A program made the position numbers and the translations under genes. The notes beneath the pieces are model-generated. The model worked only from the letters and a program-made list of their open reading frames with translations, was not told the origin of the DNA and did no database searches. Shown in pieces: positions 51,629-64,000 of a stretch of 64,000 nt of DNA; position 1 is the stretch's first letter, and each line of letters starts with the position of its first letter. The DNA is from Octopus vulgaris (lineage: Eukaryota), in contig OX597820.1 in assembly GCA_951406725.2 (NCBI GenBank), positions 92,690,001-92,754,000 of the forward strand, given 5' to 3'.

Positions 51629-51785
51629 TGTAGTTGATAGACCAGCAAGAGGAAGCGGCTGACCATCCCTGTTCGAAGGTTATAATGGACACAGGTTCGT
51701 GTGTCACATAGCTAGTTCTTGGAGCTAATCAACGGCAGCATTCGTCCTGCTTTCCTGGACTGCCATGTTAGCTTGGCGATAGCTA

Positions 51786-52059
<274 letters not shown>

Positions 52060-52868
52060 CACACATATGCATGTGTGTATGTGTGTGTATGTGTACAAAC
52101 GCTAGGTTGTGTTGGACGAATGAGAGAGTATGGTTTACTGAGACTGAATTTCTAACTCTCGTTAGAGCACCGAGCAAAATGCCTAGCGTTATTATTGCCT
52201 GGTACTTAACATCCTCAATTTGTTGAGGTTTCCTGATATCCTGAAACTGCTGAGGTTTCCTTGGATTGTAAACCTTTCAAGTTCGATGAAATAAGGCATT
52301 TGTCGAATACAGGCATCGATGGAAATGACGAACTCCAAGCACTCAAATATTGCAGGCTTGTGACTAAATTGGAAATCTTTGCACATGTATGTATGTATGT
52401 ATGTATTTATTCATGAATACATGTATAACCATCTGTTAGAAAAAGAATTTCCATTAGCTACTCACGACCGGAATTTGTCGTATTCATTTGTTATCATTTA
52501 GGAGACTGCATCAATCAAATCTATCTCTTATATTAGCCTATCTGTGACATACAGAAAAGATGTTGCCGAAAATTGTCGCTGAGAACGAAAACCATTACAT
52601 TTGGCTCAACAGGGAGGATGTGTAGTGCAGCATGAATAAGCATTGAAGATGGTAGAAACATCTGGCCCAGAGTCGTAAAATTTGATTGAACTAAGCTCAT
52701 GCTATGTCGGTGCTTTGTTGCTCTCATAATTTAGGTGGTCCCAGACAAAGCCTATGGAACTGCTTTATAGCCTCAGGAGGCATCGACACTTACATTCGGA
52801 GAAGGACTAGAGCTTCACCCTTAACACAGAAGTGTTTTTCCTAAAGATGGTTCGTCTAACAGGCTTCC

Positions 52869-54256
52869 GATCTAGTCCATTTCAGGTACAGATTGTTTAG
52901 TTAATTTCTTTTTTTAACTAAACACTTTGAAACTTTGGATACTGGTAGAATGTGACACATAGAACAGGGTTTACTCTTAACGTTTTCCACAAAATTTTGT
53001 ATTTTGAAGTTATTTCGTGTTCAAGTTGTCGTATTTGGGTAACTTTAAACCACCAATGACGTGTATTCAACTGAAGAAAATCAATACAGCTGTATGAGAA
53101 CAACAACGTCCGGGTCAGTTGACAAAACGATGAGTCTCTGACAACAGAAAAATTTAAACTGAAGATCTCCCCTAACAACACCCTTCTTTAATAACCAGAG
53201 ATGTTTTTATAGCTACATTTGTGAGAATTTGTCCATCCATCTATCTGTATATGTGTGTATGTGTGCGTGTGTTTGTGTGTGTCTTTATATATAAGTAGCT
53301 TGCTTACCAGCCACATGGTTGCGGGTTCAGTCCCACTGCGTGGTACCTTGGGCAAGTGTCTTCTGCTATAGCCTCGGGCCGACCAATGCCTTGTGAGTGG
53401 ATTTGGTAGACGAAAATGAAAGAAGCCCGTCGTATATATGTATATATATGTGTGTGTGTGTGTATATATGTTTGTGTGTCTGTGTCTGGTCCCCCTAGCA
53501 TTGCTTGACAACCGATGCTGATGTGTTTACGTTCCCGTCACTTAGCGGTTCGGCAAAAGAGACCGATAGAATAAGTACTGGGCTTACAAAGAATAAGTCC
53601 CGGGGTTGATTTGCTCGACTAAAGGCGGTGCTCCAGCATGGCCGCAGTCAAATGACTGAAACAAGTAAAAGAGTAAAGAGTAATACACACACACACACAC
53701 ACACACATATTAATAATAGGCAGAAGTTACAGAGTGACAATGGCCAAATTCGTGTTTGATAAGTGCCAATACACGAAATTCTCAGCTTTCGACTTATTTT
53801 CTAACTTCTGCCAATGATATATGCACATACATATATGTGTACAAATATCTCATCACGCAATCGAACCAATGGAAGAACCTCTACCTGGTCGCTCGATACG
53901 CTAAAGATAACAGCCAATGTAACCCTCTACATAAATCACACGCCCATTGTACGTAATGTCCTAGACTATCCCATAAAAGACGGTTTGCTGAAGGCTGGAA
54001 TATCTTTGATGATAGGTTCGTTGTATCAGGGTTTTTCTTCAGTAATTTTCTTCAACTGAATACATGTCATTGATTGGTTAAAATTACCCAAACACGACAA
54101 CTTTAACACGAAATAACTTCTAAAATACAAAATTTTGTGAAAACACGTTAAGAGTAAACCTTGTTCTACGTGACACATTCTACCAGTATCCGAAGTTTCA
54201 AAGTGTTTAGTTTAAAAAAATCAATTAAACAATCTGTACGTGAAATGGAATAGATC
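52869..54256. mobile_element. MITE/fold-back-like structure with ~210-bp inverted arms
   Basis: 52869-53081 is the diverged reverse complement of ~54045-54256. A SINE is inserted between the arms. Confidence 0.7.
53292..53681 (+). mobile_element. SINE family 1, lacking ~20 nt of the 5' head
   Basis: High similarity to the other copies. Confidence 0.92.
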
Positions 54257-54890
54257 CTAGGTTTCTACCACACATTCAGTTTACATATTTCGAAGTTCCT
54301 GCGCAGTCCAATCGAACATTCATTGAAAGAAGATTGTTTATTTCTAGCTCGGAGCTAAGAAAACTAATTAGGAGAGTACAGGAGGCGGTCGAAAAATCCA
54401 ACTTCTATATATGGCTGAAGCGGGAAGACCAAAAATGGCTTCAAAGTCATAACATGCCGGCAGTGAGACAAGCTGACACTGAATTAGCCTCGCTGATTGA
54501 CAAGCGACGGTCTCGTTTAGAGAATGCGTGGACTAAGACTACGCGCCTTCCTCGGTCAGTTAAAGTTGAGACAGTGTCACGTAACAACTTGCTGGGGCTG
54601 CCTGCTGGAGGCTAGCAGCAGGTATTTAAAGGGGAAAAATTGACAAGGCAGTTAATCGCCCGCTGACACTCGTTGCCGCTACATCGAAGAGGCCAGGGAA
54701 CAGAAGAAAGAAGGAAAAGGAAGACATGCACCCAACACCAGAGCTGAAGACACCTCCGAAAGGGAAGGCACCACGTCAAAACGGTAGAGGAGTAGGGGCC
54801 AAAACCGGACGTGGTTCCTCCTGATGATGTCTTGAGCTAACTGGATCACCACGAAACACGGTTGAAATTCCTCAGATTAAGGAGCCAACT
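54257..54890 (+). mobile_element. 3' end of an RLE non-LTR retrotransposon (HERO-like) with 3' UTR
   Basis: FEVPAQS...ELRKLIRRVQEAVEKSNFYIWLKREDQKW matches the RLE C-terminus (EV..E-xxE-xxS-xWIWLKR..W). A GC-richer UTR follows. Confidence 0.7.
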
Positions 54891-55650
54891 TCTAATCTAT
54901 TCATATGTAATAATAGTACCAGTCAGATTACAAACAGTACCAGTAGTAGTAGTAGTAGTTATAACAACAAAAACGATGATGATGAGCAGAGGAGGAGAGG
55001 AGGAGAATGGCAACGACGACGGTGATAATGTCGATGAGGCATTCCGACGACAACGATTCAAGCGTGTGATGATGTCGATGTTAAGTTAGCATGTCTTGTT
55101 TTCAGTTGTAATTAGCTAAGTTTCTGTTAGTGGCGGTAATAATGGCTGTTATTAGCAGTCGTGTTGGTAGCAGTTGTAGCAGCCTCTGTCCAGTTTAGGA
55201 CCATCCTTTCCTTTCAGACATGTAGCGTTTAATCGGTTAATTCGGTGTAGTAAGTGTTGATATCTGGACATACTTTCTCTACTGTATATGCCTTGTTGCT
55301 GCTGCTGCTGTTGTTGTTGTTGTTGTTGTTGATGATGACTTTGATGATGATGATGATGATTAAACCTGCTTTTAACAAAACCATGATCAGACCAGACCTT
55401 CCAGCCATGATCGTCCTATCTTCCTGAGAGTATATCTATCACAACTTTACCCAACGCATTTTTCAATTCAGTAGGCTATGTTTGAGAAAGACTTGGGTTT
55501 TGTTTCTAGCAGGTACGCTGATCACAGAGGCCTACACGTTCTTTGGTGCCTACACGTTCCCATCGAGGCATCATCACCATCATCATCAGCAGCAGCAGGA
55601 TCATCATCAACCATCATCATTATCATTATCATCATCATCATCATCTCCAA

Positions 55651-55730
<80 letters not shown>

Positions 55731-56262
55731 AATACGTATAAGACAAGGTTATTAGTTGCCATTCATGATTATGCCTCCATTAAAATAATCCTAATGGTTA
55801 CCAGCTGAATCAGGTAACAGCATTCTTTTAAAAAATGACATCCAGTGCGTTATCTGCAATGGCATATCCGTAACTCACGGCTGTAATACCAGTCAAAATG
55901 TCAATAAAATTCAGCACCGTTAATTATATTTTTAAGTACAACACGGAAGTTAACTCTGGCATATAAACTGATTAACAATTCAATGGAGATGGCTCGCTAG
56001 CTCTGCGCTAAATTTTAGTTGCAGAGAAAAATCTAGGTAGATTTAGATTGTATTAAACCTTCTCGCAGAAGCATATTTAAACACACTCTAACAGACCCTA
56101 GGCCGTGTCTAAACAAATACAGACATTTGCCTTAATTTTGATCCATGGTTAGTTAATTTGAAACAATAAACTTGTAGAGTTTTCTCTTGGATGTCTTCAT
56201 CGAGAATGTAGAAATCAGTATTGTAAAATATAAAGAAGTGTAAACATTACCCCTCCTCCTGA

Positions 56263-56695
56263 AGGCGGTGAGCTGGCAGAATCGTTAGCACATCGGGTGG
56301 AATGCTTAGTGGTATATTGTACGTCTTCACACTCTGATTTCAAATTCTACTGAGGTCGACTTTATCATTTCATCCGTTCGAGGTCTATAAAATACGTAGA
56401 GTTGAGTATTGGGATCGATGTAATCGACTTTCCTGAAGTTGCTGGCCTTGTACCAAAATTTCAAACCAATATTACACACCCCTAGAATGCGGCGAGCAAG
56501 CAGAATCGTTACCACGCCGAAAATTATTCTTGCAGCATTTCTTCTGACGCTACATTCTGATTTCCAATGCTGCCTGTATTCACGTTGCTCTTCATTCTTC
56601 GGGATTGTTAAAACAAGTACCAATTCAGCACTGCGCTCGATGTACGTGACTTACCCACACCCCCAAAATTGCTGGCATTGTGCCAAAACCAATAC
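56263..56695 (+). mobile_element. Two tandem SINE family 2 copies
   Basis: aggcggtgagctggcagaatcgttagc (56263) and gcggcgagcaagcagaatcgttacc (~56489), each followed by the core and a ...ccaaaa..accaat tail. Confidence 0.85.
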
Positions 56696-56802
56696 TACAT
56701 ATAATATATTATGAGAAGAAATATCATGAAAATTAATGACCATTACTTGTCAAGAGTGGAACGATTGAAGATTCTAGATCTTGAAATTTTGATGAAGCCA
56801 CA

Positions 56803-57165
56803 GGCATAGCTTTGTAGTAAAGAAGCTCCCCAGGCAATCACATAGATTTGGATTCACTCGCTCTTGGCCGAGTGATTTCTATCCTAGCTCCGAGCCGACC
56901 AGTCCCTTATATGTGAATTTGGTAAGGGCTAAGAAACGGTGGGAATTTGCCGCATGTGTATGTGTGTGCGTGTGTGTGTGTGTGAGTGTGTTTGTTGGTT
57001 TATGTGCGTCTTTAAGCGAAGTGGTTCGACAAAATGCTCCGATAGAATGGGTACCAGATGTTAAAGAATAAGTACTAGGGTTCATTTGTTCGACTAAACA
57101 CTTCAAGACGGTGCTCCAGCATAGCCGCAGTCCAGTGGTTAAAACAATTATAAAACGAAAGAAAA
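56803..57165 (+). mobile_element. Old diverged SINE family 1 copy
   Basis: Recognisable tail: ...gaataagtact..ttcgactaaa..ggtgctccagcatagccgcagtc. Confidence 0.8.
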
Positions 57166-57299
57166 AGCTATGAATGACATCAGTTATTATTTTTCCATGA
57201 TTTTAACGTCACACCTCGAAACGACTTCTTGATAATATATTGAATAGTGAGCTCAAAACGACAATAATTCATATTTTATCGCTGGTCCTGTTCTCAAAT

Positions 57300-57832
57300 A
57301 GATTTTCATTTATCGATTGACTATTCTCACTACTGTGAAGAAATATATAAGATGGTAATTATTCTCCACTAGTTTCTTTAGCCGATATAATAATGCTTTC
57401 TGTACAGAAAATTATAAACTAATGCTACAGCATAGTCAAGATTCCTGAGCAAGAAGAGCATAACTTTTCCATAGGGGCACATCCTTTCTAGTGATATTTC
57501 ATGCTTTCACTTGTCTTTCGTTAATTTTTGGTATTGAAAAACCAAACCTTGTTATGGCAGCCATTATCTTTTTAAAGAAAAATTAACGCATATAAGATAA
57601 TGCTTATTGACACTTCGCGTGTCACTGTTGTTGGTGTGTACCTCCAGGTTAACTCGCATTGAGCACGTAGGTTGTCAGCCGAACAAATTAGATGCAACCT
57701 ACAAATTTATTATTTCATATTTACAATACTGAGCTGAAGGCCATGTTACAAAGCAGTGGTTAATTGAATGCAGTACAATCATTCAGTATCCATACACTGT
57801 ACTTTCCATTTTAATTTCGTGTGTATGTGTGT

Positions 57833-57880
<48 letters not shown>

Positions 57881-58050
57881 ATTACAGAAACTACTTAGGA
57901 AGACAATGGCGTTTCACCAAGCTCATTCGGTGTGAAACGTCGAAGGAAATTTTTCTATGTTTGGATGTTTTGATAAATTAATATTACATGTTACGATGAA
58001 TGATAGGTGCATGCCCTGTTGTTCTTTTACGATATATTTTTTTTATTTTA
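57300..58050 (-). pseudogene. Decayed Cys-rich family copy P
   Basis: HAPII, LIYQNI, DCTAF, QYCKYEIINL, DNLRAQCE, NKHYLIC (57608-57588). Confidence 0.5.
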
Positions 58051-59002
58051 AAAGATAATGGCTATCATAACACAGGTTTTTTTTCAATACCAAAATGGCT
58101 GCCATAACAGGGTTTGTTTTTCAATGCCAACAATTAATGAAATTCCCTAACGTGGGGTCTCCTTCGTGTTTGGTGTTTCACAAGTTTATTCCTGAACACT
58201 TACTCATTTTCGTTTAACTGGAAATTCAATTTTCGGGGTACAGACAGGGAAGTTTATGAAGTTTCAATCTAGATATGAACAACTATCGAAAATTTAATTC
58301 TCAGAGAGCTGAAAATTTAACAACGTCCTTACACTCATACCAAATAACTACTACTAATTCATGCTTTGATGGTTCTTTATGAAGACGATACCATTTTCAG
58401 AGACCACAAAATTGGTGATAATGATAGAATGTTATCTTCATATAAAAACAAATGAGGTGAATGTATCAATAGGAAAGGACTTCTGTAAACATACCTAATG
58501 ATCAGCCTTGAATGTTAAACAAAAAAAAAACTATCGAATCTGCACTTCTGACCTCACTTAAGATCTATGCAGTTTCACACACATACATTTACTCTAGGCT
58601 AGCTTGGATGACATTTTTCAATTAACATTTGTATGACTCGAACACAAAATTCTGTAGTTACGAGGCATATATCGTAAACACACAACTGTGCATGCATCTA
58701 TGATTCATTGTAACATTTAACATTAGTTTATAAAAACAGCCAAACATTAGTCAGGACGTCCTCTCGAACGTAGCTCAGAGCTTTTAAGTGACTCTCCTAA
58801 TTACTCATATTGAAATTTAGCGACAGAACATTGGTATGTTTTCTATATAATCGTTCGCAACTTTTCAATTATCACCCTATTATCCTCAACTTTCTAATTC
58901 TGGAGTAATGGAAGATATCAATTAAAAATTGCCCGAGCATCTGGTTTCATACTTCTGTATTCACAAATATTGCTTTCAATAACCAAATCACATCGTGACC
59001 TT

Positions 59003-59066
59003 TTATTATTAATATTATAATCATTGTTATTGTTATTGTTGTTGTTATTATTATTATTATTATTGT

Positions 59067-59111
<45 letters not shown>

Positions 59112-59176
59112 CAGTAGTAGTAGTAGTAGTAGTATTGCTCTTGTTGTTATTATTATTATTTTTGTTATTATTATTA

Positions 59177-59237
<61 letters not shown>

Positions 59238-59258
59238 CATTATTATTATCATCATCAC
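59003..59258. repeat. (ATT)n/(AGT)n microsatellite
   Basis: Direct reading. Confidence 0.95.
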
Positions 59259-59487
59259 CAGATTGTTCTTAACACAAGACACTTTTCATAAACTTGGGAA
59301 TCGAGAGTCTTATAGAAGAACCAAATTGTTAATGAATATATCTATATAATATGAAGAGGGATATATTGTTGTTTCAATTATTAACATTTGTCAAGAAATT
59401 TCTATTCATTAAGCTACCTAATTCATTCTGACTGGCCAAAATCAGTTACGGTTTTCTTTTTCTCATGTTATTCTCCATCTCCTTCCG

Positions 59488-59560
<73 letters not shown>

Positions 59561-60649
59561 ATATATGTATATATATATATATATATAGTGGGGCCATATG
59601 ACTATCACCTGCTCTCTGTTCTGATTTCAATAGATGTTTATATTTCCTTATTTCTCATTTGTTACATCATTTTTTCTTAATCACAATTATAATATGTTTA
59701 AATTAGATTACTGAAATTAAACCTATTGTGTAAAAATTTAATTACAGTGAAGCTGAATGCCATATAACCCTCATTGAAAAGACCTATTGCCAAAAGTATT
59801 CTAGTTGTATTTTCGTATATTCTTATCACGTGTGTCATTTTTCTTTTATTTCAAGTGAGATCCAAATTATAACTTCTGCAGGACTTGAATTTATTGAATC
59901 ACGTTATTTCTTTCATAATTTCACAACTAATTCCAGCCTCTAATCTTAATGCTTTAACTATTTGCTTTCTCTATGCCACCACGTATATATACATATATGT
60001 ATATATACTTCTGTAAATTCCTTTGGAGATTCTTTCATTACTACTTCGACAAATTATTGCAAGGATTACGTTTATTTTGTTTTGTTTTGCTTTGGTTTTG
60101 GCTTTCATCTCTGAGAAACAGAAATGGGGTTAAATCATGTACTGTAGGAAATATTAAAGAAATAGTATTAGTCACCGCCATAATAATATTTTGTTAAATA
60201 TGCATTTATCCACTTAATTATTTTATACTGTTTATAATTGAGAGTGGTTGTTCAGACTTAGATTATAGCAAGATCAGTCAGTTACGTTCTACGATAATAC
60301 CCATTTTTCAATAAACTGCATTTCCTGAAATAGGCTTCATCGTTTATATTATTTCCCATTTTCTACATTCCAAATCTCAGCCATCTTTCCTCCACATTGA
60401 TAAATATATCATTTAAATTAATGTCAAAATGAAAAACTGAGAAGGGTTATAGCACAAAAAAGTTCCTCATAGCTGAGATAGTTAAGCCTGTGAAGGGGAA
60501 GGGAGAGGTTTCTCATTACAGTAAGAAAACAACTCGTTAATTTCCTTAATTTTCTCCATAGTTTGATAAAATGAAGCAGCTGATATGTTTGTTTTTAGTT
60601 CTAAAAACATAATTAAAGGTGGGATTTTAATAAAATAAAATATCTAAAG

Positions 60650-61600
60650 AACTTGCTCACCCATGCTGCTTCTTTTACTACATAGAACTAGTTTCGAAGC
60701 TATTTCTAGTTTTGTCGTGTCAACAGGCATATCCAAATTTAAAACAACATTTATATAACTCGTAATATATTTTAGGGTTGATCCATACTAGAAAGGGAGA
60801 GAAAAGACACTCATGAATAAATTTTCTTCATGAGAAGAGGAGGATAAACATTTGAATTTCAATATATGAAATGCGTTTCATAGAATGCTATGCATTTCTG
60901 TTTCTCCTTTTTTTTTTCCTGTTACAGAATATCATTATATTCAGTTGTTAGGTTTCCTTTTCTCGTCTTCAAAGAATACCTGCTTCTTAATGAAAAGAAA
61001 TTCCAATGAATGTGCTGCAACTAATCCCAATGAAGTTTCACAAATCCTGTTTTGTGTAGATATCAACATCAGAAAAATCCAGTGACTATTTTTTCATTGA
61101 AAACGTGATATCGCTGTTATTAGCAATCGATGTAAGCAAGCAAATATCGTTCGTGAGGAAACAATTTACCCCAAGTTTTTTTTTTGTTTTGTATTTGTCT
61201 TTTTTTTTCTCTTCTTTTTATCATCAAAAATGAGTTGCCAGTTTACTTGGCTACCTTTCCAAATACTGTTTCATTCGATTTAAGAAAAACAAAAATTGAA
61301 ACTTTCGATATTGTTTCTCTCTTGTCTGACGCCATCATATGCGAAATGATCGGTAAACTCGAATGGCTAGTGATAAAGGAGATATTCTATGATCCCGTGT
61401 TATATACATCGATGAATCCGGATCAATACTAGTTCTTTCTTCAGTTGTTTCAACAAGCACACTAATTCTCTTGTCTCTACATTTTTTTTATCTGATTCAC
61501 CGTTGAGTTTTACGCAGAGATAAAAGCAAATGTACTTGCAAACCATTACTTGATCGGGAGTTTGATTAAGCTACTATTTTCTTGGGTTTTTTTCTGTTTT
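60650..61600 (-). pseudogene. Possible decayed Cys-rich family copy Q
   Basis: KKCRD, IDPDS/VYN, NCFL..DICLL/YIDC, RICET, KLVLCSK. Weak. Confidence 0.3.
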
Positions 61601-61900
61601 TTGTTTGCTTGTTGTTGTTTTTTTCAGATAGAAGCAAAAACAAACTATTGAAGAATTCGAAGTATATCGCTATAGATAATAAGAAAAAAGTGAAAACGTA
61701 TGTTCCACGGTCTATTATCCATTGAATCTATAGCTTTTACTGCCTCAAGTTTATGTTTTGGACTCAGCATTAGGCTTATATGTTTTATAGTCACCTCTCT
61801 CTATGTATGTATGTATGTATGTATATATGTATGTATGTATATGTGTGTGTGCGTGTGTCTATATGTGTGTGTGAATTCGTGCACGTTTTTGTATGTATGC

Positions 61901-61931
<31 letters not shown>

Positions 61932-61946
61932 ATTATATACATACAG

Positions 61947-62014
<68 letters not shown>

Positions 62015-62199
62015 CCTTATAACATAACAGGATAAATATAATACTATATACTACAGTGTGTTATCTTATATTTACTCAATATATATTTGCGTCGGAATAT
62101 TTCTGGTCCATGCAACTATAATATTCTATATTTTGGCAATTCACAATACTTCATCATAAATAAATGAATAACGATGGATCTTTCTCTTATTTGTTTTAG

Positions 62200-62800
62200 A
62201 ATATCGCTGAAATAATGGTTAAACTTTGTATCGTTGTAGCAGGCATTAGCGCAGCAATTACCACAGAAATACTGCATACGACATGGAACTGTTTATAGAG
62301 ATAATTCTCACAATATCAAAGGCAATAGCAAAGATAAAGATGACAAACAGCAGCCCCTCGCAGATTATTATACAAGATATAGCTTAGCGATAAAACATTA
62401 ATTGTCAACGATTTAACAGGTGAAATGTCGCTAGCTAACTTGATTTAACAATCATAAGCAAGGATGTTATATCTGATATTATCTCTGGAGTTACGTTTTA
62501 TATAACCAGGCGAAGATACCGAAGTCTACATATATATATATTCTCTAAGAACGTAATCTCAAATGATACTGATATGATTTCAGATACAACTGAATGCAAT
62601 CTGCGGTAAAGAAATAGATTTTAAATATTTAGCTAACTTGCAGTGTTGGCATCAAATATCTACGTGCGAATTTAGACAGATAAATATATGCAATGCTACT
62701 TTGTTTGATATCACCAAGGGGACAAATAAGCCAATTCAACAAGCGATTGAATGTCTTAAGAGAAAAATTAAGTCCCAGTTAAAACGGTTTCCATAATGAA
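62200..62800 (+). pseudogene. Decayed Cys-rich family copy R
   Basis: QKYCIRHG..RD, VISDIISGVTFY, then a stop-free run at 62584-62793: IQLNAICGKEIDF...STCEFRQINICNATL...PIQQAIEC. Confidence 0.55.
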
Positions 62801-62960
62801 TTTGCTTATATTATTAGTATTGAATTCTAAACAGTATATATTATGTTGATATATTTTAGATTTCTTTAAAATAGCCACTTGCAAATTGATATGAATTTTG
62901 TCTGGATTACTTTTAAATAATGTTATCTTATTTCATATTGTAATGTTAACTCGTTTTACA

Positions 62961-63372
62961 CAAGTGTGACTGTGTTAAGAAGTTTCCTTCCCATCCACAT
63001 AGCTCCGGATTCAGTCGCACTGCGTGGCATCTTGGGCAAATGTCTTCTACTATAGTCTCAGGCTGATCAAAGCTTTGAGAGTATATTTGGTTGGCGGAAA
63101 CTGAGAGAAGCCGGTCGTATATATGTATATATGTATGTATTATGTATTATGTGTGTTTTTGTGTCTATGTTTGTCACCCACACCTCTTGGCAACTGGTGC
63201 TGGTGTTTTTATGTTTCCGTAACCTAGCGTTTCGGCAAAAAGAGACCGATAGAACAAGTACTAGGATTAAAAAATAAATCCTGGGGTCGATTTTGTTCCA
63301 CTAAAACCTTTCAAGACGTTGCCTCAGCATGGCCGCAGTCAATGACTGAAACAAGTAAGAGATGAAAGATAA
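62961..63372 (+). mobile_element. Diverged SINE family 1 copy
   Basis: cactgcgtggcatcttgggcaaatgtcttctactatag...gcatggccgcagtcaatgactgaaacaag. Confidence 0.88.
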
Positions 63373-63519
63373 AATGATTGGATAATCTGTATGTTTTTCA
63401 AGGAAGGGATGACTTAGGGACCCTTTATTTTTTCTCTCCTCTGCAATATAAAGAAAAGACTATATATTCCTTTTTTATATCTACTACTAGTAATTTTATT
63501 GTCACTATAATTTCAGTTT

Positions 63520-63960
63520 TATACACATAACACTGTTTTGGAAATCCTGTCTCCGTCACCTACGAAGTAATTTATTAACTTTCTCAAATATTATTATAAA
63601 TATATTTCATTTTTATATAATGTATTTAATTCTCTGCATCACTCCACTGCAATGATGGACGAAGTATAAGCTAACCTCATCGATCATGTTCTACATGTAG
63701 CGTTGCATTGCAAGTAATTTGATGATGATACGGAACACTATTTATTTCCATACAACTGAATGTATAAAAGGAACAGAAATGTATTCTATGCAAATGGGTA
63801 TTCTTTGTACATAAGTCGATTTTAACTGCCTTGCTCATTGGAAATATCCAAAAATACTTCAAAGTAATCCAGAAAATGTGCGTATATAATAGCGTTACCT
63901 AATATCTACTATTTTTATCACTAAATTTACCTTAGCTAAAAAGTTATCTAAAAAACCTAA
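63520..63960 (-). pseudogene. Decayed Cys-rich family copy S
   Basis: SDKNSRY/GN..FLDY, FSCME, ITCNA, NTLYKN (63626-63609). Confidence 0.4.
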
Positions 63961-64000
63961 TATTATAAAGAACAGCCCACCAAGGACCATTAAGCAGCGA

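Noticed and set aside
54815-54865. CTGATGA...GAAAC in the HERO-like 3' UTR as a hammerhead
   Set aside because: I could not form a convincing helix I or helix II.
62380-62530. Protocadherin-like VNDLTGEMSL motif and TM+RRR
   Set aside because: No cadherin DxNDN/LDRE motifs are present. Neighbouring frames fit the Cys-rich family better.
63677-63862. Helitron Rep-like reading of KYFWIFPM
   Set aside because: The similarity is superficial and no other Rep or helicase motifs are present.

Overview
Very AT-rich, microsatellite-dense animal genomic DNA. The two abundant tRNA-derived SINE families are of the type I recognise from Octopus, so this is probably an octopod cephalopod (inference). I find no intact protein-coding gene, and most listed ORFs are microsatellite artefacts. 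The window is a mosaic of SINEs, LINE relics (RTE, R4/Dong-like, HERO-like, L1/Tx1-like), a deleted mariner and Penelope-type fold-back fragments. Two features stand out. (1) Two different short non-coding, terminally redundant elements sit inside (TA)n tracts and carry intact canonical type-I hammerhead ribozymes: a 492-bp x 2.3 head-to-tail array at 42466-43612 and a 535-bp x 1.13 element at 28026-28628. They look like retrozyme-type circular-RNA retroelements, and several decayed hammerheads occur elsewhere. (2) Much of the apparently unique sequence between repeats translates, through stops and frameshifts, into roughly 18-20 decayed copies on both strands of one Cys-rich extracellular protein family with the same motif order. 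It resembles the somatomedin-B-like ectodomain of molluscan secretin/adhesion-type GPCR-like proteins, giving a dense pseudogene graveyard. All translations and folds were done by eye and need computational confirmation.
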